Assembly: GCA_049472275.1 (NCBI GenBank)
Contig: JBLIRL010000005.1
Coordinates: 1 to 35,673 of the forward strand
Reading direction: 5' to 3'
Source: Thermoplasmatota archaeon
Lineage (GTDB): Archaea > Thermoplasmatota > Penumbrarchaeia > Penumbrarchaeales > Penumbrarchaeaceae
DNA length: 35,673 nt
Shown here: one piece after another, positions 24,781 to 34,900 of the stretch
Layout of the letters: every line of letters begins with the position of its first letter
Numbering within the stretch: the stretch's first letter is position 1
The notes under the pieces: generated by a model
Databases searched by the model: none
What the model saw: the letters and a program-made list of their open reading frames with translations, nothing else
What the model was told of the DNA's origin: nothing
Made by a program: the position numbers and the translations under genes

Positions 24781-26202
24781 TCAATCATCCAAGGATGAGA
24801 GGACGTCCAGCATGTCCTTCTCAACGACGTCCCTTTTTCTGGGCTTGCCACCCAGCAGGGGGCCGGACCTTCTTTGGGGCTTCCTGACGGGGGTCTCACT
24901 GGCCGCCGGCAGCTCTATGTCGAAATCATCCTCCGTCCGGTGCAGGTCCAGAACCGGGGCGGACCTTTTCGGGGCGGGCCTTTCCTTTCCCGGAGGCGGA
25001 GTTTTGGCTTTCTGGACCTCCTTGTCCTTTTTGAGCTCCTTGTCCAGCCTCTCCTTCTCCTTCAACTCCCTTCGCAGCTGGCGGCGCTCCTCCCTTCTGG
25101 CCCTGTTCTGGGCCCTTCTTTCGGGATTGGATATGACCCTGTACAATGCGACGAACCCCGGTTCCTTTACCTTTCTTCTCCTCATCACAAAAGGGTTGAT
25201 CCCCAGGTTGAACAGGAGTATTGCCATGATAATGTATATTGTGATCGCCCACATCCAAGGAATGTAGACGAAATCGATGCCGTTGACCTGAACGAATATA
25301 CCCGTCTCGTACTCAAGAGGCTCCTCAAGCACTCCGTCCTTGACCTGATAGGAGGAATAATGAGAGATTGCTAGGACCGAGAAATCGTGCATCTCCATGT
25401 GATATTTGGGCTCGATACGCCGCGGTGCGGTTATCTTGATCCTGGTGGAGGAATACGAATCCGGGTCCAGGTCCAGAACCGTCTCCTCGAACTCGAATAT
25501 CCACCCCGACTTCGCATGGGCAAGGGCTCCCGGCATCGAGAGCTCCACTCTCTCGTAGCCGTTTCCGTTGTTCTTGACCAGGCATTCCACCCACCCGGAG
25601 GAGCCTGGAGACAGCTCGAGCATCACGGGATCGAATGTCATATAGAGGTAATGGTACGGCCTGACGTTGACGAACAGTGGATAAGGAAGGATGTCGCCGG
25701 AGGCGAAGGGGCCGATACCGGTATCCTGGTACTTCGCTGTCCAGGACCCGAACACCGAGACGTTCACCAGAGAGCCGGTTACCGTGGAGAACTTCGTCAT
25801 GGGGGCTATCTGGATGTTCACGGTGATCGGATAATGTGCCAGTTTGGACTGGGGGGTTATATCTATTATGTTGGGGAACACCGTTCCCGTTACCTCGGGG
25901 TGTTCGGAGCTGAACTTCAGGTCTATGAAGATCCTGGTCCTGAGCAACTTGGCGGACCTGTAGAACTCGAGCGTGCCATCGACTATCACCCTGCCGGTCT
26001 CTCCGGGGCCGGTCTGGATCTCGATCATATTACCTGTCCGGAAACCCTGGTCCGATGCGAAGTAGAACTGCGCGGAGACCGGAAGTACAGCCTCAGCGTC
26101 CTCGGTAGCCTCATCGACAAAGGAGATCGCAGAGAGAACGGTAACGAGGAGTATCGACACAACAAGGGCGGTCCTGCCCGGTCTCCATATCCATTTCGCC
26201 AT
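24781..26202 (-). CDS. Membrane-anchored Ig-like surface protein (resembles choice-of-anchor T / COG1470-type proteins) with a basic coiled-coil tail
   Basis: Signal peptide. V.NNGNGYE motif like the repeats of the giant protein. TM helix, then an R/K/E-rich cytoplasmic region. Confidence 0.6.
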   Translation of the reverse strand: MAKWIWRPGRTALVVSILLVTVLSAISFVDEATEDAEAVLPVSAQFYFASDQGFRTGNMIEIQTGPGETGRVIVDGTLEFYRSAKLLRTRIFIDLKFSSEHPEVTGTVFPNIIDITPQSKLAHYPITVNIQIAPMTKFSTVTGSLVNVSVFGSWTAKYQDTGIGPFASGDILPYPLFVNVRPYHYLYMTFDPVMLELSPGSSGWVECLVKNNGNGYERVELSMPGALAHAKSGWIFEFEETVLDLDPDSYSSTRIKITAPRRIEPKYHMEMHDFSVLAISHYSSYQVKDGVLEEPLEYETGIFVQVNGIDFVYIPWMWAITIYIIMAILLFNLGINPFVMRRRKVKEPGFVALYRVISNPERRAQNRARREERRQLRRELKEKERLDKELKKDKEVQKAKTPPPGKERPAPKRSAPVLDLHRTEDDFDIELPAASETPVRKPQRRSGPLLGGKPRKRDVVEKDMLDVLSSLDD

Positions 26203-26213
26203 AGCCGATCCCC

Positions 26214-26504
26214 TTATCTGTCCTGAGGTGTCTCGATCTCGTCAACTATCTCCTCGCCTGCATAGATCGCATCGATGGAATGTACCGATCCTGCCATCTC
26301 TTCAATAGCCTTTCTGATCGTGTAGTAGTTGAGGTTGAAACCCTCGATTATCACCTTGATGTTCTCGGTCTCCTGATCGACCTCGTTTAGGAATATCGAG
26401 ACCCCCGAAACGTGCTTTATCTCGGACAATCTCTCGGAATATTCGACGATGTCCGGCTTGTGCGGTTTGAGAACATCGAGGACTATCTTTCGCAGGTTGG
26501 ACAA
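26214..26504 (-). CDS. DUF211-family protein
   Basis: LRKIVLDVLKPHKP, EVDQETEN.K..IEG, IEEM.GSVHSID. TTG start after GGGAGG. Confidence 0.9.
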   Translation of the reverse strand: MSNLRKIVLDVLKPHKPDIVEYSERLSEIKHVSGVSIFLNEVDQETENIKVIIEGFNLNYYTIRKAIEEMAGSVHSIDAIYAGEEIVDEIETPQDR

Positions 26505-26624
26505 CGCTTTTTGCCTCCCTATCCGAAACTTATTTTAGGACTGCGTCCGTATTAGGCAGCGTTATATAAAATGGTTGGGTAAACACCATCTAAAAGACAT
26601 TACTGGACCTTCGGAGGATACTGC

Positions 26625-27014
26625 ATGGAGGCCGAGCCTTCTTTCATAAAGGGATCTCTTGTGACACTCTCCCTGTACCTGATCGCCATCCCCGTGGGCC
26701 TGGTTCCTCTCGTGGGTCAGCTGGTGGCGATCACGCTAGTACCATATCTCGCTGCAGCCCTTGGGGCACGCTTTGCCCGGCCGAAGGAGAGGCTCCCCCT
26801 CGCCATCACGTGCTCCCTGATATGGAGCGGGACAATGACACTCGTGCTTCTGCTGGTAATGAGAGAGATCTCCAGCGGTTATTCCCCCATGGGGTTCAGG
26901 ATAGGATCGATAGCCTGGCTGGTCATATCGGTGATTTGGGTTCTCAACACTCTCTTCACCATCCTCGGAGCCCTCCATCCGTGGAGGGACCCTTTTCGGG
27001 AACCCGGAATCTGA
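26625..27014 (+). CDS. Small hypothetical integral membrane protein (about 4 TM)
   Basis: Mostly hydrophobic 129 aa. GGAGG RBS; TTATATAA box upstream. Confidence 0.75.
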   Translation: MEAEPSFIKGSLVTLSLYLIAIPVGLVPLVGQLVAITLVPYLAAALGARFARPKERLPLAITCSLIWSGTMTLVLLLVMREISSGYSPMGFRIGSIAWLVISVIWVLNTLFTILGALHPWRDPFREPGI

Positions 27015-27063
27015 TGAAAACGCAAGGATCCCCCGAAAGGAGGATGCCAAAGTCACTTACTGC

Positions 27064-28245
27064 CTACTGCTGGTCGGGTTCCTCTCTCGGGACCGCGCCC
27101 CCGGGTGCCGGGCCTGCCTGCGGTCCCTGAGGTTGTTGCTGCGGAGCGACCGGGGCCTGCTGAGGTGGAACGAACTGCGGTATCTGCATCAGCTGTACGG
27201 AAGCGGAGTCGGGAGGCGGTGTCTGTGGCGGCCTGTACTGCTGAGGGGCGATCGGAACTTGCATCTGAGCAGCACCCGGGGTCTCGAACCTGGGTGCCTG
27301 ATCTCCCTGATATCCCACTGCAGAACCTTCAATGGACCCTTCCGGTGCCTGTCCTTCCTGCGTCTGGTCTTCGGTCCAGACCACGTTCTGTGGGTCTGGC
27401 GGGGGCCCTTCTGGGGAGCCGGAATAGGCTGACCACTGCTGCTGTTTCTGCTGGGCCTGCATCTGTTTCCTTGCAGCTTCCCTGAGCATCAGCTGCTGGC
27501 GTCTGAACTCCTTGTCCTCCTCGAGCAACCTCTCCATGGAACGGTCCGCCTTGCCTATGAGACCGATGATCGAGATGGTTACCCCGGCGAGGAACATCAG
27601 GAAGCCGGGAAGGAGGAAGATCCAGCCGGATAGGAACCAACCGCTGCCCCCCCAAGGTGCTTTCCCCTGGCTTACGGCCTGTGTGACCCCGTAGGTGTTC
27701 GATTCGGCCTTGACCTTGATAAGGACGGTATCACCTTCATTGGCGATCTTCTCCTTCGAGTAGAACCAGACATCGGGTTCCAAACCCACATCTATGGAAG
27801 GCCTTCTATCGTTGCCGTCCCCGTCCATTTCGAAAGCATAATAGCCCTCACCGTGATTGAAGCTTTCAGTCTCCTTGTCCTCGACCCTCAGGGTGATCTT
27901 TCCGAATATGTACTCCTCTCCCCCGGGTACTTCATAATAGATCGCACCCGAGTTCTCGTACGGATCGATATTGGAAGAGGAGAAGAAGAATATCATCACC
28001 AAGAGGTAGATGGTTATTGCGAGAAAAAGCCCGATGACGGCCACAATACCGCCTCCACCAATCATAACCGGGTTTCTTATCCTTTCGGCCTTCAGATTGG
28101 AGAGCTTCGCCTGAACGTCCTCCTCCGAGATCTGGGGGATCTCTTCCCCCGGTATGAAGACCAGCGGAGCACCGCAAAAGGAGCACTTCTGGACGTCTCC
28201 ATAGTTGTTCTTGCCGCACTTGGGACATCTCGTTGTCAAGCCCAC
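27064..28245 (-). CDS. Zinc-ribbon membrane protein with two TM helices and a Q/P-rich cytoplasmic tail
   Basis: CPKCG..N......CSFCG at the N-terminus. Two hydrophobic helices, a coiled-coil, and a Q/P-rich C-terminus. GTG start after GGGAGGG. Confidence 0.8.
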   Translation of the reverse strand: MGLTTRCPKCGKNNYGDVQKCSFCGAPLVFIPGEEIPQISEEDVQAKLSNLKAERIRNPVMIGGGGIVAVIGLFLAITIYLLVMIFFFSSSNIDPYENSGAIYYEVPGGEEYIFGKITLRVEDKETESFNHGEGYYAFEMDGDGNDRRPSIDVGLEPDVWFYSKEKIANEGDTVLIKVKAESNTYGVTQAVSQGKAPWGGSGWFLSGWIFLLPGFLMFLAGVTISIIGLIGKADRSMERLLEEDKEFRRQQLMLREAARKQMQAQQKQQQWSAYSGSPEGPPPDPQNVVWTEDQTQEGQAPEGSIEGSAVGYQGDQAPRFETPGAAQMQVPIAPQQYRPPQTPPPDSASVQLMQIPQFVPPQQAPVAPQQQPQGPQAGPAPGGAVPREEPDQQ

Positions 28246-28307
28246 ACCCTCCCCCCGATGTTACTCTACCCTAAAATATATTTTTATGTACCGGACTATG
28301 ACCGAGC

Positions 28308-28553
28308 GTGAGTCAGAGCAGTGAAGACGATGAGGATGCGGCCATCAATGCGGGGGACAGGGAGAACGATCCGGTCCTCAGGGATGTCCTGCCTTATTCC
28401 TCCGATCCGTCTTTCATCGAGGCTGAACTGGTGAAGGCCAGGGATTCAGCGGACCCTCTATCCTACATCGAATCCAGGATGGGGGAGGTCGAGGGCCGGA
28501 GAAAGGGGGATCTCAGAATACTGTTGAACCGTTTGACCAGGACCAGGGCCTGA
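28308..28553 (+). CDS. Small hypothetical protein
   Basis: 81-aa ORF fills the gap between a divergent AT-rich promoter (about 28272-28288) and the convergent UPF0147 gene. Plausible helical composition. Confidence 0.55.
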   Translation: MSQSSEDDEDAAINAGDRENDPVLRDVLPYSSDPSFIEAELVKARDSADPLSYIESRMGEVEGRRKGDLRILLNRLTRTRA

Positions 28554-28560
28554 TAGGGCC

Positions 28561-28821
28561 TTACTTGATCGATTCAAGTATCGAGGTGGCGTTCCAGATA
28601 AGCGTCCTGGCGTGCAGAGGGATGTTCGGATCATTGGAGAGTTCCTCGAGGGTCGAAACGACACTGGCGCACCTAAGATCAAGTGCCTCGTTCTGTCCGA
28701 AAAGCCTCTCCTTTGAGTCCTTTGCCCCTTTCCGGATATTCCTCGGCACCGAGGTGTCCTCGGCAAGCATATCCAGAAGGGTTGACACCTGTTCTAGTTT
28801 CTTATCCACAGAATTGGTCAT
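28561..28821 (-). CDS. UPF0147-family protein
   Basis: ED.SVPRNIR, LEE.SNDPNIP.HART.IW...S.LE. GGAGGT RBS. Confidence 0.93.
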   Translation of the reverse strand: MTNSVDKKLEQVSTLLDMLAEDTSVPRNIRKGAKDSKERLFGQNEALDLRCASVVSTLEELSNDPNIPLHARTLIWNATSILESIK

Positions 28822-28920
28822 GGCTGAACCTCCAACCCACGGCGGTACGGGGGTGTCATCGCTGTCATCTATAAATAGGTTTCTTCAAAGGCCAACATTG
28901 GGATCCCGGTCCCCGTGGTT

Positions 28921-28954
28921 AAAAAAAAGGGGAAGACCTTTCCAGGCCTTCCCC
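28921..28954 (-). terminator. Hairpin plus U8 terminator downstream of the giant surface-protein gene
   Basis: The minus strand reads GGGGAAGGCCT-GGAA-AGGTCTTCCCC-TTTTTTTT: an 11-bp stem with one G-U pair and a GNRA loop, starting 21 nt after the stop codon. Confidence 0.85.
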
Positions 28955-28975
28955 GGTTTGCAGATCTCGGTCGGG

Positions 28976-31900
28976 TCACTTCTTCTTCTCGGGAATGACG
29001 AGGGTCACGCCGCACTCCTTGCACGGGACCTCGGAGGGCCTCTTGTCTATCGTGACAACCTGCTGGGTCATGCACTTCGGGCACTGGACCTTCACGTTCT
29101 CCTTCTTGGCACCACGGTCCGGTGCCTGGGAGGGTATGGGGGCCAGCTTTCCGGGCGCCGAGGGAAGTCCTGCGGCGGCCGAGGGTGCTGTCGGTGCTCC
29201 GGAGGCCTCCTTTATGACCTTTCTCGGACCGCCCGGACCGCCTCCCTCCGCCTTCAGCTTGGCGATGATCTCCTCGAGCTCCCTTATCTCGCGGTTCTTG
29301 TTCATCGCAAGGAAGACGACCACGATGATCACAAGGAGGATGATCGCGATCAGGATCAGGATGACCCATATGTTCCCGACATACTGCGAGAAGGAGAATA
29401 CGGGTATGCTCTTCTTCTTCTCGACCTCGTTGTTGTCTGTATCCTGTTCGATGACGATCTCTCCCTCGTTGACCTTGGCAACGAGCTTGTGGTCACCGGC
29501 ATCCGGTTTCCAGTCGAAGGTGAAGTTCACCTTACCGCCCGCCGGCACGTTCTTCTCCTCGGTCCTGTAGGACTTCTTGCCGTCATACAGGACGACCTCT
29601 ATGTCCTCGGCATCCGCCGTCCCGATATTGTAGACGGTCACGATGACCTCGTTCACCTCGCCCCTGACGGGATCAGAGGGTATTACGAGGGAATCATCCC
29701 TGAGGACGAGCTCCGGTACCTCCGCGTTGATGTAGAGTGTGAAGGTCTCCTTCTCCTTCTTACCCTGGGTGGAGCCGTCGTCCGGGATTACCTCGAACTT
29801 CAGGCTCTGGGATCCGAAGACGAAGCCATCCGTCGGATAGAAGCTGATGGTGATCGTTATCACCTTCTCATCGTTCATGGGAACGGCCACGTGTGTCTGG
29901 GAGACGGATATCTCCCATCCCGTCTGTGCGGATGGTTTCTTGATGTAGAACGTATCGTCCCTGTTGCCGTTGTTCTGAATGGTCACCTCGACCTCCAGAT
30001 CGTCCTCGTCGTTGACATCCCATTTCTTGTAGTTGCCCAGCTCTCCTCCGTCCTTGATATCGGAGATGGCTACCTCGAACTTCTGCTCGACATCGACCTC
30101 GAAGTCCAGTGTTTCGGGTGCAGCTTCCCTGTCTCCCTTGGATTCCACCTCGACTGTGAAGTCATAGGTTCCGGCCTCGACCTCCTGCGCATCGTTGACC
30201 TCGTCGAGATCGGGGACCGTGATGTTCAGCCAGACCCACTTCTCGTCGTCGGCGCCCCTCGGTCCGAGGTTGATCTGGTTGTACTGGAGCTCGGCCCAGT
30301 CGTCCTTCGATCCCTTCACCGACAGGTAGAACGTGTCCTGTATATTGGCCCTGTTCTGGACCTTGAAGCGGTATGACACCGTCTCTCCGGGTTTTACCTC
30401 GTCAGTGTCATCCTCCGTCTCCAGGACATGTTCGTAGGACTCCTCCACCTCTACCGTAAGTTGTATCGTGGCAGTGGCCCTGTTCTGCTCGGCGAGCGAG
30501 GTGGCGTCCCTCTTGATGGTGATCTCGAAGGAGTAGGACCCTGCGAGCGCCTCCTCGGTATCGTCCGGTATCCTCACGGTGAGTGTGAAGGTCTTCTTCT
30601 CGTTGGCATCGCCCTTGGCATCCAGCGAGAGCTTGCTGTTGGACAGGGTGGCCCAGCCGTCAGTTTCGAGCTCCCTCACATCTATGCGGAAGGTGTCTAT
30701 ATCGTTGCCCAGGTTCGAGAGGGTCAGCTGGAACACGACGTCGTCGCCGACATCTCCCTTGATCTCCTCCTTGTCCGCCTCGACATCGACACCGTAGGTC
30801 TGCTTGACATCCACGGTGAAATCCTTCCAGGCCGTGACGTAGTCCTCCGCGACCTTGAAACCTGTCGTATCTCCCTCGGAGATGAACCTGGCACGGAAGG
30901 TGTACTTCCCGGTAAGGGTATCCGCGCTGATATCCAGCATTACCTGGATGGTCGCCAGATCGCCCTCGTCCACATCGTTCACGGTCTTATCGTAGGTGAA
31001 CTCGAAATCGTCGGAGAGGTCCTCCTCGATCTCTATCTGGAAGTTATCCATGCCCGTTCCGGTGTTCTTTACCTGGATATCGAAATAGGCCTTGAGGTTC
31101 GTCGGATCGTCCGGATCCTCCTGGGTCCTTACCAGATCGTTTCCCCTGATGTCCGCACCGTATGCCTGCTTGACCTTCGTGGTCAGCTTGATCGGCTCGG
31201 AATATCTGTTCTCGGATTCTGTGTCACCCTCTGAATAAGCCCAGATGTATGTGAAGTACTCCCACGGCTGATACGAGGAATCAGGCACACGGAATGTCAC
31301 CGTGATGGTCTCGGACTGACCCTTGGGTATCGAGCCTGTCACCTTCTTGCTCAGGATCACCCAGTCGGGTTTGTCTGAGAACTGACCCGATGTGACGATT
31401 GCATCCCAGGTGTCCGAATCGACGCCCGCGGGTTTTGTCATCCCGGTCTTCAGCACCTGTATCTTGAAGGTATCGGAAGCCTCTCCCCTGTTCCTTACCT
31501 GGACATCGTATGTGACCTCGGTTTCCCGCTCGTCGACATCGGGGACCATCTCCTTGGATTCCTCGGAGGTGACCAGTTCGACATCCCTGTTCGGAAGGAC
31601 CACTACCTTCAGTGCTATGGTGTCGGTCTTCGCAGTATCGCCGATGGAGGTCGCCTTCAAAGTGAAGGTGACATCCCCCGCCGCCGCGGCCTCATCGACA
31701 TCGATATTGACCCAGATGTTCTCTGAGGAGTCGACTCCCAGACTGTCAAGGGATGTCTGGGGATTCGTCGGAGTGCTGCCCTCGAAACCGAACTCCACCC
31801 AGCCTGACTTCGTGGAGGTCATGGTCAGATCGAATCCGTCAACCGCGTTCCCGAGGTTCTTCAGTTTCACGGTATATGTTATCGAATCTCCCGGCTCCGC

Positions 31901-34900
31901 ATCCTTCGAAGTAGTTCCTGATGGGACGGTCAGCTCGGGTTCGAAGTCCTCGTTCACATCGACCTCGAAGGTTGAAAGGTCGAACGCCTGGTTGGAGGAG
32001 GGATCGCTGGTGACGGTGGCATTGAAGGTGAAGGTCACCTTGCCCGCCAGCGCATCGTTCTTGACATCCACCGTCAGTATCAGATCGGTAGCTCCGTTGG
32101 GGGCCAGGCCCGATACGGTCGAGGGGGATATCGAGATCCAGTTGCGGTTCGTACTGCTCTGGAGGCTCACGCTTATGGTCGCGGGTTCGTTACCCTTGTT
32201 GGTGATGTTCAGCTTGATGTTCTGGAGCTTCGTGCCGGGGTCCGCGCTCTTGGATCCCTCCGGTATCAGGAACTGAACCTTGTAGACGGGCATGACCTTG
32301 ACCTTGAACTCCAGATCGTCCACGACGATGTCGTCCGTATCCTGGTTTGTCTCGCCCTCGGATACTGCCTGGAAGATCAGGTCGTACGTTCCCGTCTCCA
32401 CGATCTTGTCATCGATGGACGGTATCGTGACGTTGATGTATACAGTGGCCCTCTGGTTCGAGTTCAGGATCAGCAGAGATGGAGATATCTCGATGTTGTC
32501 GAACTCCTTGGATACATCGTCATCGACGACCTCTATCTGGAAGGTGTCGGTGGTCCTTGTCCCCCTGTTCACGATCGTCATCCTGAATGACGCCACTTCG
32601 CCCGGATACGCCTGCTCGAATTTGTCATCTGAGGAAAGGTCGCCGGCATAGGCATCCGCGAAGATCGCGGTGAAGTACCTCATGTCGTAGATGGTCTCAT
32701 CCTCGGAATGGGTCGCGGTAACCTTTGCCCAGACCGAACCCCAGTCGGTATTCGCATCTATCGAGATGTTGGCCCTCAGGATGAAGGTCTGCTGCTCCAG
32801 AGGCTGGAGGACCTTCGTTGTCAGGGCGCTGATGGACCAGCTTGCATAGCGGCCGTAATCGGGATACTCGACAGACAGGGTGTAGTAATCGCTCGATGTA
32901 CCTCTGTTCTGGACGATAACCTGGAAGGCGACACTCGATCCGAGCCCGACCTTGGAATTGTTGAGTCCCGCAAGAACCCTTACCCTGTGGACGGGGTCCA
33001 GGACCAGATTGAGAATTATCTCTTTGGTCTTGTCGTCGTTGGTATTGGTGATCGTCCCGTTGTCTGACCTGGCCTCGACAATGAACTGATAGGTTCCGGC
33101 GCTTATCCCTGAACTGATCTTTGGCATGTCGAGGGCGAGTTTCGCGGCCTTCGAAGAATCGCTGTTTATGCTGATCTTGCTTTTGAGGTTCTCCGTGAAA
33201 TAAATGGAATACAATCCCGCGAAACCGGTAGGTGCCGACTTGACGCTGACCGTTATCGAGCTGTCTGTTCCCGAACCTCTGTTGAATACGTCGAGGTCGA
33301 AGTACACTTTGCGTGCTGCACCGGTGTCGTTGGAGAACTGGCCCCTGACGCTCTCCTTGTTGGCGGAGATATCGACCGCATAGATCTGTGGTATGCGCAC
33401 GGAGAGCCAGATGGTCTTGAAGACGTTGCTGTTCTGGGAGCTCGCATTGACCTCGAAGCGGTACGTGCCCTCGTTTGCATTTGATGGAGCTGATACGGTG
33501 ATGTTGAAGTAGTATATCTGGTCGGCATTCAGAAGCGGGGTGGTCGCTGCCGAAATGAGCGGGCTCCAGTTTGTCTGGATATCGGTTGTCTCCCCTTTTA
33601 CGGCAAGGTTGAAGGAATCCCTTCCGTTGCCCTTGTTCTGCAGCCGGACCAGCATGTTGTAGGTGGATCCCGGCTGTGCCCTGGAAATGATCGCACCGTT
33701 TGGTGCATCCAGGAAGGCGCCGTACTTCTTGTTTATCTTGACCTGGAAGGCCGAATAGGCCGAAACGTCGTGGGTGGAGTTCGCGTAGATCCTGAAATTG
33801 TAGGTCTGTGCGAGGACCACGTCCGGGTCCGGTGTCACGGTCACGGTGACCTCCTGCCATCCGTCCCTTGCTAACGTTATTGACGAGGGTTCGACCGATG
33901 TGTCCTGGAAACCGTCCGGATAGACCACGTTGAAATCGAAGGTGTCCTGGTCGTTTCCGGTGTTGGTCACGTTGAAGGAGAAGGTCGTGCTCCCGTCGGC
34001 GTCGACGGTCTGCAGGGAAGCACCCTTGTTCAGTATTCTGACATCGTAAAATGGCAGGACCACACAGGATACCTTCACCGAACGCTTGATCAGAGAATTT
34101 CCAAGAGAAGTTGCGTTTATGTAGAACTCGCCCTTGGAGTTGACGGCGGGCCTCAGGGACTTCGAGGGCGGATATGCGAAGAATGTCACAGAGACGTTCC
34201 TGTCAGCCCCCACCTTTGATGTGGTTGTCGTGGAGAGGTCCCCACCCCATCCTGCAGCGATGTATTCAGGTGGTATGTAGTACTCCAAATTGAACTGGTC
34301 CTCTCCGTTGCCGAGGTTGGTGATCTTGACAATGAAGTTCACAACTGTCTGGGTCGTTACATCTACCTGTTTCACGCCCTCGGACTGGATCGAGAGCTTG
34401 TAGGTCTGGTTAACGTTGGTGGTTATGGTCCTCGTTGCGGTTGTGTTCGAATCCGTGATGGATGAGGCCTTGACCACTATCTGGTAGGACTGGGCCTTCG
34501 CATCATTCGGACCCTGGACGGTCATCGAAGCGGCTTTCGTCGCACCCGGGTCTATCCTGCCCGTATCGAAATCTATGGAAGCGGACCAGCCAGTAGGTAT
34601 GTTGGTGGCCTCGAGCCTGTAACCGTCCCTGTCGTTCCCCTCGTTCTTCACGTTGAAGTTGTAGACGACCGAGCCGCCGGGATTCATGGATTTTATCCCG
34701 GGGGAGCTGATCGACACACCGTATGTCCTCTTAATTAGCGTGGAGATCAGGACCGACTGGGATGAGTTCAGGGAATCCGTCTGGGATGCCACCCTTATTG
34801 TGGCATAACAGTATGCGGAAATGTTGGCCCCTGTCGGTGCCCTTACGGAAACGGTGAACGTATCCGTCCCGCCGCTCGGGATGTTAGAGGTCGTTGTCTT

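Noticed and set aside
26571-26589. ATGGT/ACCAT mini-hairpin in the DUF211 divergent promoter
   Set aside because: A 5-bp stem is too weak to support a call.
28565-30376. 603-aa plus-strand ORF
   Set aside because: It is antisense to UPF0147 and the giant surface gene and crosses the terminator. Its L/V/G/D-rich composition is typical of a shadow frame of GC-rich coding DNA, with no motifs.
32697-33860. 387-aa minus-strand ORF inside the giant gene
   Set aside because: Alternate frame with R/Q/H-rich composition typical of frame-shifted GC-rich codons; the main frame is uninterrupted.
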